Source: Camelus dromedarius
Lineage: Eukaryota
Assembly (NCBI RefSeq): GCF_036321535.1
Contig: NC_087436.1
Span: 110,300,001-110,364,000 of the forward strand
Reading direction: 5' to 3'
Length of the DNA stretch: 64,000 bases
The notes under the pieces were generated by a model. It was not told where the DNA came from. It was given only the letters and a program-made list of their open reading frames with translations, and searched no databases. The stretch's first letter is position 1. Every line of letters begins with the position of its first letter. The position numbers and the translations under genes were made by a program. Positions 52,767 to 64,000 of the stretch are shown in pieces.

Positions 52767-54463
52767 GTGAGTTTCTGAGTGATTTGCTCTGGATGGAAAT
52801 TTATTGTACCCAGCTTGTCAACAAAAGTGACAAATTGACGTGGCTGGGAAAGCTTGTTTCTTTCTCTACTGACAATATATTAAAGCTGGGCATGGATTCA
52901 TTTATCTTTATTTCAAAGTTTCAAGCACACAGTTTATTATTAAAAAACCATACTGCTCTATGTGTATATTTGTATGTATGTACATAAATAAACATATATG
53001 CAAAATACAGATAGAGAGGAATTTGAATTAGATGATCAAAAATTTAAACCAATACATTTTCATCCTAAGATCTTTCTGATAATGTTTTAGTCAGGAAAAG
53101 GGAAATACCTCTGTATCAAAAGACATGCTGTTTTCAGTCCTAAAACACAATGATTTGCTCCTCTTTGAGGGCTAACATAATTTCACTTCAAAAAACCTAT
53201 GGTAACTGAGGTAATCTTGTCCAAATATCCATTCTATATACTTCTGAAGCCAGATATAGTATTGAGTTCATTCTCAGAAGAATATAGGTTGGGTAAGGCA
53301 TGTATTTAATCACTTTAAATCAGATTTATCTACATGGGGATGGTAATTTCAACCAAATACTCTAGATCATAATGAGGGTCCTAAGATAATTGTATTGTAA
53401 TCAATGAGTACATTCATTATGTTTGTCGTTTCAAGCCATCTAAATTTAGATAAGAGAAGGCCACCTATAAATCTCTTTTGGAAATATTAAACTCTATAAG
53501 TTCTTATAAAAACTCTATAGGTTCTTATAGGTGTATAGCTTTTAAACTCTAAGCCTTTCAATAAAGTTCAAATAAAAAAAAGGAAATTATTTTTTTCTTG
53601 GGCTGATGTTTATTAATACTTTGAGCTTCAAATCAGAAACACAGCAAAAGAATTAATGATTATCCTCTGAGTGCTGTCCTGAGGCAAACAAACTTAAATC
53701 TTTTTGTTAACTCTGACTCTGACTTACGTCACTTAAAAACACAGGATAAAAAAGAAAATGGTATTTCTCTCCAAGATCATTCCTAGGCCACAACAACCAA
53801 CAAATATAGGCTTTCTTAAACATTTTTGGCCATTTTAATAGTATTATGATCTCTCCCAAAGAAATACACATAGTAAGAAGACTAGTATAAACATAAGCAC
53901 TCAATTATTTGATGGAATGTATAAAGTCTAATGCTGAGTTCAGCTGTGATTTTACAGATTCCAATAGGCTCTCTTTCCCACTCAACTATCTCTCTAACAT
54001 GTTCATCCATTTGATTTAAAGGAAAAAAGGGGATAAGGGAGGGAAGGACAGAGAAGTAAAAGAAGAGGAAGAAAGGGAGGGAGGGAGGAAATATTTCACA
54101 ATCAGAAATAAGGTTTAATACTCAAACATTTGATTATAAATGGTTGCTATATTATTTTTTACTCAAAGTATTTTTAAAATATATGAAATGAGCAGAAGAG
54201 TATTGGTACAAGGAAGATTCATGAGAAGTTGTAATTGATGGCATTAAATATTGATATTACCTATTCAACAATTTTGCCTAGAATAAAGGCTCAAGAAAAG
54301 GAAAATACTGTTGATTCTTCAGATTATCGATAAAGTGAGATGGGGATCAAATTCATCAGTAATTATTTTAAAACACCATTAGAAATTCAGATTAGGGCTA
54401 TTATATTTTTAGTTGCAAAGAAAGTTTGGTTTTTAATTTATTAAATGCTTGTAAATGGCTTAC

Positions 54464-54630
54464 CTGATGTCAACCCAGTAGCCAGATTTGTCATCACACT
54501 CATTTGCAAGTATCTAGGGTAGGTAGTCCATTTTTCCATCAAAGCAGAATTTGACATTTCTCTTGAGCGAGAATATTCACAGAGGTACATAGTCCTCAGA
54601 GTTGTACAGGAGCGATCCTTTTTGTCCCCT
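54464..54630 (-). other. Candidate 167-nt antisense exon
   Basis: - strand acceptor 'ttttcctttacatacctgattgctacctag|', donor 'CAG|gtaagc'; one frame open; no recognised protein. Confidence 0.35.
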
Positions 54631-54634
54631 CTAG

Positions 54635-54645
54635 GTAGCAATCAG
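54635..54645 (+). other. Candidate 11-nt microexon (or the 3' end of a ~100-nt exon from 54545/54548)
   Basis: 'cctttttgtcccctctag|GTAGCAATCAG|gtatgt'. Confidence 0.35.
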
Positions 54646-55029
54646 GTATGTAAAGGAAAAAGATCCACACTGGACAGGTATGAGAGTCACCTTGTCATAG
54701 AAGCCTCATTCTTCACAATCTCTTATTACAGCCCAAGGGTTTCTGCAAAAAGATGTGCTTAATTCTAAGATTCACCTGCATTCCAGGGAACCCAAGGCAT
54801 GGTTTCCAACATGTATTTCTAATGCACCCAGTCCATTTGTCATGTACCAATCAGAAATTGTCTTTAAATAGTAACCATTTACTATTATCAGATTTCCAGA
54901 CGAACTAAGCAACAGGAGAAAAGTGCTTCATTAATCAAAAGTCTGTAGAGCAAAAATTGCTTGTTCATTTTCTAGTATTTTTTCTTAAAATCTTTTTGCC
55001 ACTGATTGTTGACTGATTGTGATTTTAAA

Positions 55030-56300
55030 TCACGATAATAACATATGCTCACCTGCACTCAAGGAAGCCCAGTATATGCTGTATGTACAATATCAGGAAA
55101 GTTTAGAAATATATAAAGAAACAAGAGAAAAATGTGTACAATCCTACCACATGGAAACAGCCACTATTGGGATATTTGTGTATTTCTTTCCTGCCCTTTT
55201 AAACAAACATGGTTTACGTAATGAAAACCATATTATTCTCAGCATTTTCTAGCTTGCTAACATTTTAAGTTAAATATTACATTATAAATGATTTCATTGG
55301 CATTAAGATTATTTATAAATCATTTCATGAGTGCATACGATTTCATCACACAGATATATGAAGTCTGTCGATTCTTGTCAAATTTCTAACGTGCAGGTGT
55401 TTTTCAACTTTCTTCAGTTACAAAAATGTGTTTATTTGAGCCCTGTGTTTAACTTCAATTTTGAAATACGTTAACATAAATTACTATATATGTATATTGT
55501 GAGTACATATACGTATATGTGTGTGTATTTATGTATGTATATATATAAAACATCTGTAGGCTGCTTTAAAGAATGGTATTGAATAGACGGCTAGTGTGCC
55601 TACCAAGTAGAAAATGACCAGCATATTTGAAGTCCCCTGTATGCCTGATCCCCGTCTTCCTCCTTCTTATGAGAGATAACTTCTGACATAAATTCTGTGT
55701 TTGCTATTGTTTGTCTTTTCCATGTTTATATTCCCTAAAGAATGGATTCCTTAGATTTGTATGTTTTAAATTTTATATTAAAAACATAATTTTTTTCCTG
55801 GACTTATTTTTAAGCTTGACCTCTTGCTTTTGAGAATAATCCATGTTGATATATGTGTCTAAGTTTCATTTGTTTTTTGCATATTTAGTATGTCATATTA
55901 TTTTATCATAATTTATTTATTCGATTTGCTGTCATGGAAATTTGCTCAGTTTTTATTAAAAGAGCTATTCTTTCAAATAACGCTAAGTTATAAATACTAA
56001 AAGGTATTAAAGTGTTTTGGGGTATTAAAATATATTTGCTTAGTGTCATTTCCAATTCTTCTAGTTTTAAGTTTCCACATTCTGTGCCTCTTATAATCAC
56101 CTTAGAGCTGAATGTTTTTGAAACTCTTGCTCAGTACCATTGCTAATTAACTGGAGATTACATTCATTCTGATGACTGATATATGTGGATGTAATTCTAT
56201 TATCGTATTTTGCTTTCTATTTATCCTACATATCCTATGATTCTTTATTTTTCCTCTCTTTAAGCAAGAATTTGAATAATAGTTTTCTTTTTTCTCATCA
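55030..56300 (-). mobile_element. Old L1ME-like fragments
   Basis: 'ttttgagaataatccatgttgatatatg...aagtttcatttg'. Confidence 0.55.
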
Positions 56301-56429
56301 CTTTCTTCCCCTTTTATGAGATCAAAAAACCTCAATATCTTAACATGCCACTATTTCTTAACAAAGATGAAGATAATCAGTATCTTTATCCTGCTATTTC
56401 TCAATATCTTTAACTATAATCACCCTTTC

Positions 56430-56760
56430 ATTAAATTCACTCAACAAATATTTATTGACTGCTAACTATGAAGAAAGCTCTTTAATATTCTTTCAGGTTA
56501 GGAAGATGAATAAGGCATAGTCCATATCCCCTAAGAATGAAGTCTTCTGAGGTCGTTATATAAAAGGATCTTCTCTGTACTTAGAAGGAAGTGCAATGAA
56601 AACATTATGGACAATGTCTCAGGGGAAGAATACTCCATCACCCTGAAATGTAAATAGTCCTGCAGAAGCTGATGCCTTTGCTGGCTCCTTAAAATGATGA
56701 GAATAAGCCCTGTATGGACAGAGAAAAGAGTTCAGGAAGAGATATTTTAGGCAACAAAGA
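56430..56760 (-). mobile_element. L2 fragment
   Basis: 'aattcactcaacaaatatttattgactgctaactatg'. Confidence 0.75.
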
Positions 56761-56842
56761 AAACCCAAAAGAATAAACTTAGAATAAGCTCAAAGCTCAA
56801 AAACTACAAATTAAGAGCAGACAATATTCAAGAAGAAATTAA

Positions 56843-58450
56843 ATTTTTTTTTTTTTTTACTATTTTCTGTCCACACGGATTTGTCTATTCTGACATTTCG
56901 TATAATAGAATCATATAATATGTGACCTTGTGTATCTGACATTTCATTTAGCAAAGCATTCTCAAGAATTATCCATGTTATAGCATATATCAGTACTTTA
57001 TCCCTTTTTATGGCCAAATAATATCCCATTGTATGGTTATACTACATTTAATTTACCCATTTATCAACTGATGAATAATTATATTTTTTTCCATTTTCTC
57101 ATATATTTGTATACTCCTATGAACATTCCTGTAGAAGTTTTTTTTTTTTTTCCTAGATTTATTTTCATTTCTCTTGGAATGGAATTACTGGAACATATGG
57201 TACCTATTCTTTAAGTTTGAGGAACTGCCAGACCATTGTCCAAAGTAACTATACCATTTTACATTCCCAAGTAAAGTTTATGTGGTTCTGACTTCCCCAC
57301 ATCCTTATCAACACTTGCTATTATTGAACTTTGTTACTACAGCCATCCTAGTGGGTAATAGTGTATCTCATTGTGGCTTTGATTTACATTTCCCTGATGA
57401 CTAGCAATGCCTAGCTTCTTCTCATATGCTTATTACCATCTGGATATTTTTTCTGAAGAAATATCTAAGTCCTTTGCTCATTTTTTTCTAGGTTGTTTGT
57501 ATTTTTATAGTTGGTTGTAAAAGATTTTATATATATATATATATTGTTAATGGGCCCCTTATCAGATATATGACTTGAAATACTTTCAACCATATGTAGG
57601 TTGCTTTTTCATTTTCTTGGTTGTGTCATTTGAAGCATGTATTTTAAATTTAAAGTCCAATTTATCTACTTTTACTTTTGGTATAATATTTAAGAAACTG
57701 TTGCCTAATTCAGGATTATAAAGATACACTCTCATGTTTTCTTCTACGAGTTTTTAAAGTTTTAGCTTTTACATTTAGGTCTTTGATTCATTTAGAGTTT
57801 TTTTTTTTTATATTGTATGAGGTACACATTCTTTTGCACATAGGTAGGTGTACAGTTGTCTCAGAACCATTTATTGAAAACTATTCTTTCTCCTATCGTA
57901 TTTTCTTGACACCAATGGCAAAAATCAATTGACCATGAATGTAAGGGTTTATTTCTGGACTTTTAATTCTATTCCATTGATTTATGTCTATCCTTATGCC
58001 AGTATCACACTCTATTGATTGCTATAGCTTTGTAATAAATTTTTAAATTGGAAAGTGTTGGTCTTCTAACTTTGTTTTTTTTATACAGTTGTTTTGGCTA
58101 TTCTGGGTTCCTTGCATTTCCATGAATTTTAGAACAGCTGATCAAGTTCTGCAAAAAAAAGAAAAACAGAAAGAAAAAGAAAAAAAAGAAAAAAAAGAAA
58201 AAAAAGAAAATCAAAAAGAATTTTTTGATATGAAATACCCTGAATCTATAGGTTCATTTGCGGAGCAATATCATCTTAATAATATTAAACCTTTCAATCC
58301 ATGAATATAATGTCTTTCCACATTTTTAGGATATTTTAAACTTCTTTCAGTGATATTTTATACTTTTCAATATACAAGTCTTATACTTCTCTTGTTGAAT
58401 TTATTCTAATTAACTTATTTTTGATGCCATTGTAAATGGAATTCTTAAAT
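56843..58450 (-). mobile_element. L1MB-like element
   Basis: 'tatcagtactttatccctttttatggccaaataatatccc', 'ttgaggaactgccagacc', 'gttgttttggctattctgggttccttgcatttccatgaatttt'. Confidence 0.9.
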
Positions 58451-58626
58451 TCATCATGGAATTTTAAATATTTTTGGACCCTCAGCTGCAATTTAGATTC
58501 AATTATAATATCAAGGCAATTTAACAAGAGTCTAAAATATATACTAGCAACTTTTATGCACAATGAAAGTTTCAGGCTATCATGAAGAATACAAGGATAA
58601 ATAAAGCATTCCCCTTGTTCTCTAGT

Positions 58627-59515
58627 GTGAAATCATAGAAAAAATATATATCGATCTCTGCCCCCATTACTTGAACAAAGCCCTAAAACCCTTGTAATTT
58701 CCTAAGTGGTTTAAGAACACCAGGAACATCTTTTGTTGTAATACTTGGCCTTTGGCCCCAGTTCCTGATACAAAGCTCCTGAATTTCTTGGAATCTCCTG
58801 GGTGTTCTAATGAGGTGTTTCTTGCTGAACTCCTGTATGATTTCAAGATGGTAACTTTTCACCAGAAAGACCAAGCCATGATTAGAAGCCTGGAAGTTTC
58901 CACTCCACTTCCCACCCTCCGGGAAGAAGAGAGAGGGACAGTTGGCTCAATTAATGATTGATGATACCTCCATAAAAATCCCAAAAGTACAGGGTTTGAA
59001 GAGCTTCTGGGTTGGTGAATACAACTATGTACCAGGAAAGCGGTGCCCCCCTCAAGTGGCACATGGAGACAGATCTCCTGTACTAGGTCCTCTTCTGGAC
59101 TCGCCCTGTGTATCTCTTCATCTGACTGCTCATATGTATCTTTCACTACACTTTGATAGTAAACTGGTAAATGCAAGTAAGTGTTTCTCTGAGTTCTGCA
59201 AGCCATTCTAGTAAATTACTGAATCTAAGGAGACTGTCACGGGAACCCAGATTTATAGTCAGTCAGTCAGAAATACAGAAGACATACAACTTGGGACTTG
59301 CAATTGGCATTTGAATTGGAGGTAGTGTTGTGGAACTGAGCACTTAATTTGTGGGATCTGATGCTAACTCCAAGTAGACAGTGTCAGAACTGAATTGAAT
59401 GATGGGACCCCCAGCTAGTGTCATAGAGAATTAGTTGATGTGTAGAAAAACCCACACATCTGGTGTCAGAAATACTGTGAGTGTGTGAGTAAAGCAGAAA
59501 CACTGGAGTGTTTTC
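58627..59515 (+). mobile_element. MER21-family ERVL solo LTR
   Basis: 'ccctaaaacccttgtaatttcctaagtg', 'aaactggtaaatgcaagtaagtgtttctctgagttctg', 'acccacacatctggtgtcagaa'. Confidence 0.85.
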
Positions 59516-59689
59516 CCAAACTCTGCTAAGAACTCAAATAATATTCTTCATTGAAAAACACATTAAATGGAAAAGCACCTGCTATATAATAAATGTTTGT
59601 GAATAGTAAACGAATGACAAGATGTGACAATGATAAGGATGTTTGCTTTAATGAAAAAAAGAATGGATGGCCTACCTCCTACTTCCTGT

Positions 59690-60065
59690 GTCCTCTCACT
59701 CTACACTCCAGGAATTCCAAACACCTTAAATCTCCTAGACTGTCCCATTTCACTCTCCCCATGAGATACTGTGCCTGGAGCACTTTTTTGTCCCCTGCCC
59801 AAACTCCTTATTTTTGCCTAACCCTTCCTCACCTCTCAAGTCTCAGCCCAGTCTATTACTTCCTTTAAGAAATTTTTCCTGACACTTTAATCTTAGATTA
59901 AAGACCTTTTGTTGTTCTCTCATGGTGACTTCCAATTATCCCCATGTTGGCTCCATCACACACGTCTTTGGTTGTTATACGCAGTAGGTTGTAAGGTCAT
60001 GGAACTCTGTATCTTTATTGTCCAAAACAAGGGCTGGTTCAAAGCAAGTGTTCAAAAACTAATGA
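59690..60065 (+). mobile_element. L2 3' fragment
   Basis: 'tgtgcctggagcac...tctcaagtctcagcccag...cttcctttaagaaatttttcctgac'. Confidence 0.65.
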
Positions 60066-62199
60066 CACCTTAAAATGATCAAATGCAAATAATAAAATTA
60101 ACCAGAAGCAGTCTATGTCTTTAATACACTGGATTTAATATTTTCCCCTCAATTTTTCTGTTCTCTTTGTTTTCTTCACTGTATATCTACTTTTTTCTCA
60201 CTCTCCCTTCTACCTATTTTATTTTTATTGCCTTGTTATCTATTGTCAAATATAGCTCTGGTTTAAAGCATTTTGAAAGATTCCTTGACTTTTAAATGGT
60301 CAGAAAACGATTTAATTAAAACATAAAACCATTACAAAACTACTCTGAAGAGGGATAAAAATCATGTTGCCAGAATCCACTCCCCATTCCCACAGTACCA
60401 AACATACTCGTTGGTGTTGAAATAATGTCATGTATTTGGAAAAACATAATTTTCACTCACTGGTTGTAGTAGTATTTTGATATTTAATGACCTCAATACA
60501 AAATATACTTATCTTTAAACCAATTATTTTATTCTGTTCTCTTCCCCTCACCAATGTGGTCTATGAATTGCCTATTTGACCCAAGGTTTACTAACCATGA
60601 GACTTTAGGCATGTCTCTTTACCTCTCTGACTTTTAGCAGTGACATGTGAACACTAACACTCACTTCTCATGTTATATGAAAGGAATGAAATTTTACAAG
60701 ACTATAAACTGTCTGTCCTTGTTCCTGACATGTTGAATGTGTATAATAAATTACTTTCTTTCTCCATTCTCCCCACTTCTTATATAGACATGGCTATGCT
60801 CCCCAGTTAAATGCCTGACTGAGATAGAAACTCTATTTTTGAGTATGTGGTTGACAGTCACTTTGAACTATTTATCAATAAAAAATGAAGCATAGTATAA
60901 GAAAAAACAAAATGAATAGATTTCTTGTGTTCCTTTTTTTTGCTATTTCTATAAGGGTTATTTAAATCCAAACTAAGAAATTATGACATTCTTTTGGTAC
61001 TGATTCTGGTTATCCCTCAATATATGTACCTCCTTTAGAATGTCAGTGTTGTTCATTGACTCTGCCATATTTTGCTCAAAGAGTTGAGTATTTTCCAAAA
61101 CCCTGCAACCCATTTCCCCTATAAATTATTCTTATTAATGTTTCTATACTAAAATGCCTACACGATGCATTTCTTTTAGTACAGGGGGCAATTTAAATAT
61201 TTCAAAGACCCGTATAAATCAGGCATAGTGTTGTAAAAATGAGGCAGTTTGGCTGAAAAAGCAAAGACATGGTTCCTGTCTGACATTTGCATCAGAAAGT
61301 CAGCCAAGCTTCTGAGTGCATTAGTCCGTGGAAACAAGAGTCCTCTTATGATAAACAAGCACTCTGGGAGACAGGGTATTATCACAAAGAGGATTATTTA
61401 TGCTAGTTCGAGAAACAAGAAAAGGGGGAAAATGTAATCCTCTTCAGATCTTGAGGCTGCTGATCAAACAAAAATTTCAAAGTAAATTTTTGAAAATTGG
61501 CTCTGAGAGTGCCTATGATTTAGTCAGAAGATAAGTGAACAAAGGGACCTGGGGATAGTGGAATATCAAGGGTTAATGTTGAATTCTCTTGAAGCAGGAT
61601 TTTAATTCTCTTAAATAATCAGCAGCTACCCTAACTCCATCACAAACCTCATTGGAAATAAACTCATCTTTGTGGGGAAAAAAAAATAGACTCACATATA
61701 CTCATATAGAAATGTATACTCATTTGGAAACATAGCTAGGAAGCCCAAAGACAGGAAAAAGTACTCTCCAAAAAATCCAAATATGCCCATTCACAAAATT
61801 TGTACAGTGATTCTGAGGTCACAGACAAGCCTAGGGCCAAAGGTTTAAGCCAAATCCCTAACCTTCCAGAGTAAAAATGTCTTTAAATTGAAAATGCCAA
61901 ACAAAAATTAATAACTTCTAGTTTTTCCTTAACATGGTTCAAGAAATTTCTAAACTGATTTTTTTTCCTTGTGTCCTTTGATTCAAGACAAGAGGAAACT
62001 TCTAATACATACAAAGAAGGAATGATTTTTAATTATATCATAAATATATAGAACAATTTGGGCACATCCTTAGAAAACAGAGGAAATAGTGAGAGCAAAT
62101 AAACCTTTTCTATATACCAGAATAGAAACTAACATAATGGCTGTGGTCATGTGTGGAAAAGATAAAATCATTTGAGGAATCATAGAAAAAGGGTAAAAC

Positions 62200-62430
62200 A
62201 TATTTGAATTGCAGTTTGCCAGCCATGGCTTCAAATCCCATGTCTGTCTGCCATTTTCATGCTCTGAGACACTGGAAAAGATACTTAACCTCTCTGTTAA
62301 ACATCTGTCTTAGCTTCTGCATCTTTAAATGGAGGTAGCAAACATTTAACAGTCAGATTGTTGATGGTATTATAGCCTGTCATTTTAGCATAGTGCCAGG
62401 CACGTATTAGGCACACAATCAACATAACTA
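62200..62430 (+). mobile_element. MIR
   Basis: 'ttcaaatccc...gatacttaacctctctg...tagcatagtgccaggcacgta'. Confidence 0.8.
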
Positions 62431-63764
62431 TTGTACATTAATATAATGCAATAAGATAGTGCCTTTAGATGATTTGTAGATTACATTTAATTGAATTGAT
62501 TTAAAAAAATCTAATTCAAGCTACATTACGTGAGTAATGAAATATGTTTAAAAGAGATTGAGAATCGGAAAGCACAATTATATGTCTAAAATACCCTTTA
62601 ATTCCAAGCTGGTATGCTTATCAGTAAAATTCCTGGGTGTTCAGGAAAAAGAGAGCCCTTGATATGCTGCTACAATAAGACACATGAGCAGATTGCACTG
62701 TACAGGTTAGAGGCACCCTTAGGAGAGATGACAGGTCTGCAAAAACACTCATGCACATTCTTCCTTACAGTGTCAACCAACAATAACCTAATACCAAGTG
62801 GAATATCCACCTCATCAAGCAGTTGTCTTTGTTACTCAGCTCCAAACAAGTGGGTCTGATGGATGTTTACCATTGAATTGGCCACCTGCCGTGACGCCCT
62901 TGTGTCATGGGGACTCCAATTTGAAGCAGTCTTCCATTCCGTGCCTCTGCAATTTTATATCCTAGGTTATAACCTAAAGGACAGGTACAACCTCTTATTC
63001 TGAGACAAGAACAAGGCAAACTAACCAGGGATAGGGGCAAAATGTAAGGCATCCAGGTTCTAGAAGAGCATGGACATAATAAGGACCATAATTTGAGGGT
63101 GTTATAAAAATACAGGGAAAAGGGGAATGTAAAGCACTTAGAAGTTTTCAGAATATGTTGCCTAATGTTTTATAGATAAGTTTTGTAACCATAGTATCCT
63201 TTTTACACTAAGATAAGCATATTATTATTTTTGATATATCTCATACAAGTTATGGTCAAATTGCCCAAGGAGTGAGAATAATGATTATGATCAAAGGTAA
63301 GAGATAGAGAATATTGGGAACAACTAGACAAAGAGACCCAAGAAGGGGGATTAAGACAGTGACAGTAAATCTTGATAGAGTATTACCAGGAATTTACCTT
63401 ATACATGTTAGCCAAGGAGTAGAAAGGCAGGTGGGTTATGACAAAGGACCAAAAGTGGGACAAATACGGTTTCTAAAGCCCATTTCTGCATCCCTGCTCC
63501 TCATTTCAACTTTCAACTACCTGTGTCCCTACAAGACCTTTCCTACCTGCAAATGGGGTATTGTCTTTTCCTAGGCCACTTTACCATCTCCATTAAAAGG
63601 CTTTGTCCCATCCCCCAAACTCCCAAAATCCTGCTTTGTGATTTCAAAAATGATAGCTAATAAATATGCCAAAACTGTCCATGTTAAGGAGCATTTAAAG
63701 TCTTTGGCATCCTTCTTCACTCAGGATATAGATTTGTTTTTTCTTAGTGTCTTGGAGGGGGTCT

Positions 63765-64000
63765 CTTATGGACTGAATTGTGCCCTCTCAAAATTCATGT
63801 GTTGAAGCCGTAACTCCTCAGCGGGACTGTTTTTGAAGATAGAACATTTAGCCTTTAGTTAAGGTTAGTGAGATCCTAAGGGTAAGAACTGAAGTGATAG
63901 GACTAGTGTCCTTGCAAGAAGAGGGGAGAGACATGAGAGAACTCTTCCTTGTCCTCTCTCTCCTTCTCTCTCTCACTCTCACTCTTGCTCTCACTGTCTC
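63765..64000 (+). mobile_element. MLT1A-like LTR, cut by the window end
   Basis: 'ttatggactgaattgtgccctctcaaaattcatgtgttgaagcc'. Confidence 0.85.

Noticed and set aside
53560..53580. Double AATAAA as a polyadenylation signal
   Set aside because: Common in AT-rich DNA; no terminal exon defined
1..64000. CRISPR arrays, tRNA/rRNA genes, processed pseudogenes, prokaryote-type systems, or a gene symbol for the host gene
   Set aside because: None seen; the sequence is mammalian and the exon peptides match no protein I recognise

Overview
AT-rich, repeat-dense placental-mammal DNA, most likely camelid (camel/alpaca/llama). The young L1 3' ends resemble the camelid type as I recall it, and I saw no Alu, B1, Bov-A/BovB, PRE-1 or SINEC elements. 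About half the window is transposon relics: MIR, L2, old L1M, young L1, MaLR/ERVL LTRs (MLT1, MER21, LTR16/33-like) and hAT DNA transposons (MER3, MER20, MER119). No intact protein-coding gene, RNA gene or CRISPR array is supportable; the listed ORFs are L1 ORF2 debris, microsatellite translations or chance ORFs. The main non-repeat signal is a likely long + strand transcription unit that I cannot name. It comprises a 32-nt exon-like segment (4447-4478), a CpG island with a splice donor at 17905 (probable alternative non-coding first exon), a 52-nt exon-like segment (52715-52766) and a possible 11-nt microexon (54635-54645) abutting an antisense exon-like segment. I found no convincing evidence of a novel biological system. 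Repeat subfamily names come from recalled consensus sequences, not a database search, and most repeat boundaries are approximate.
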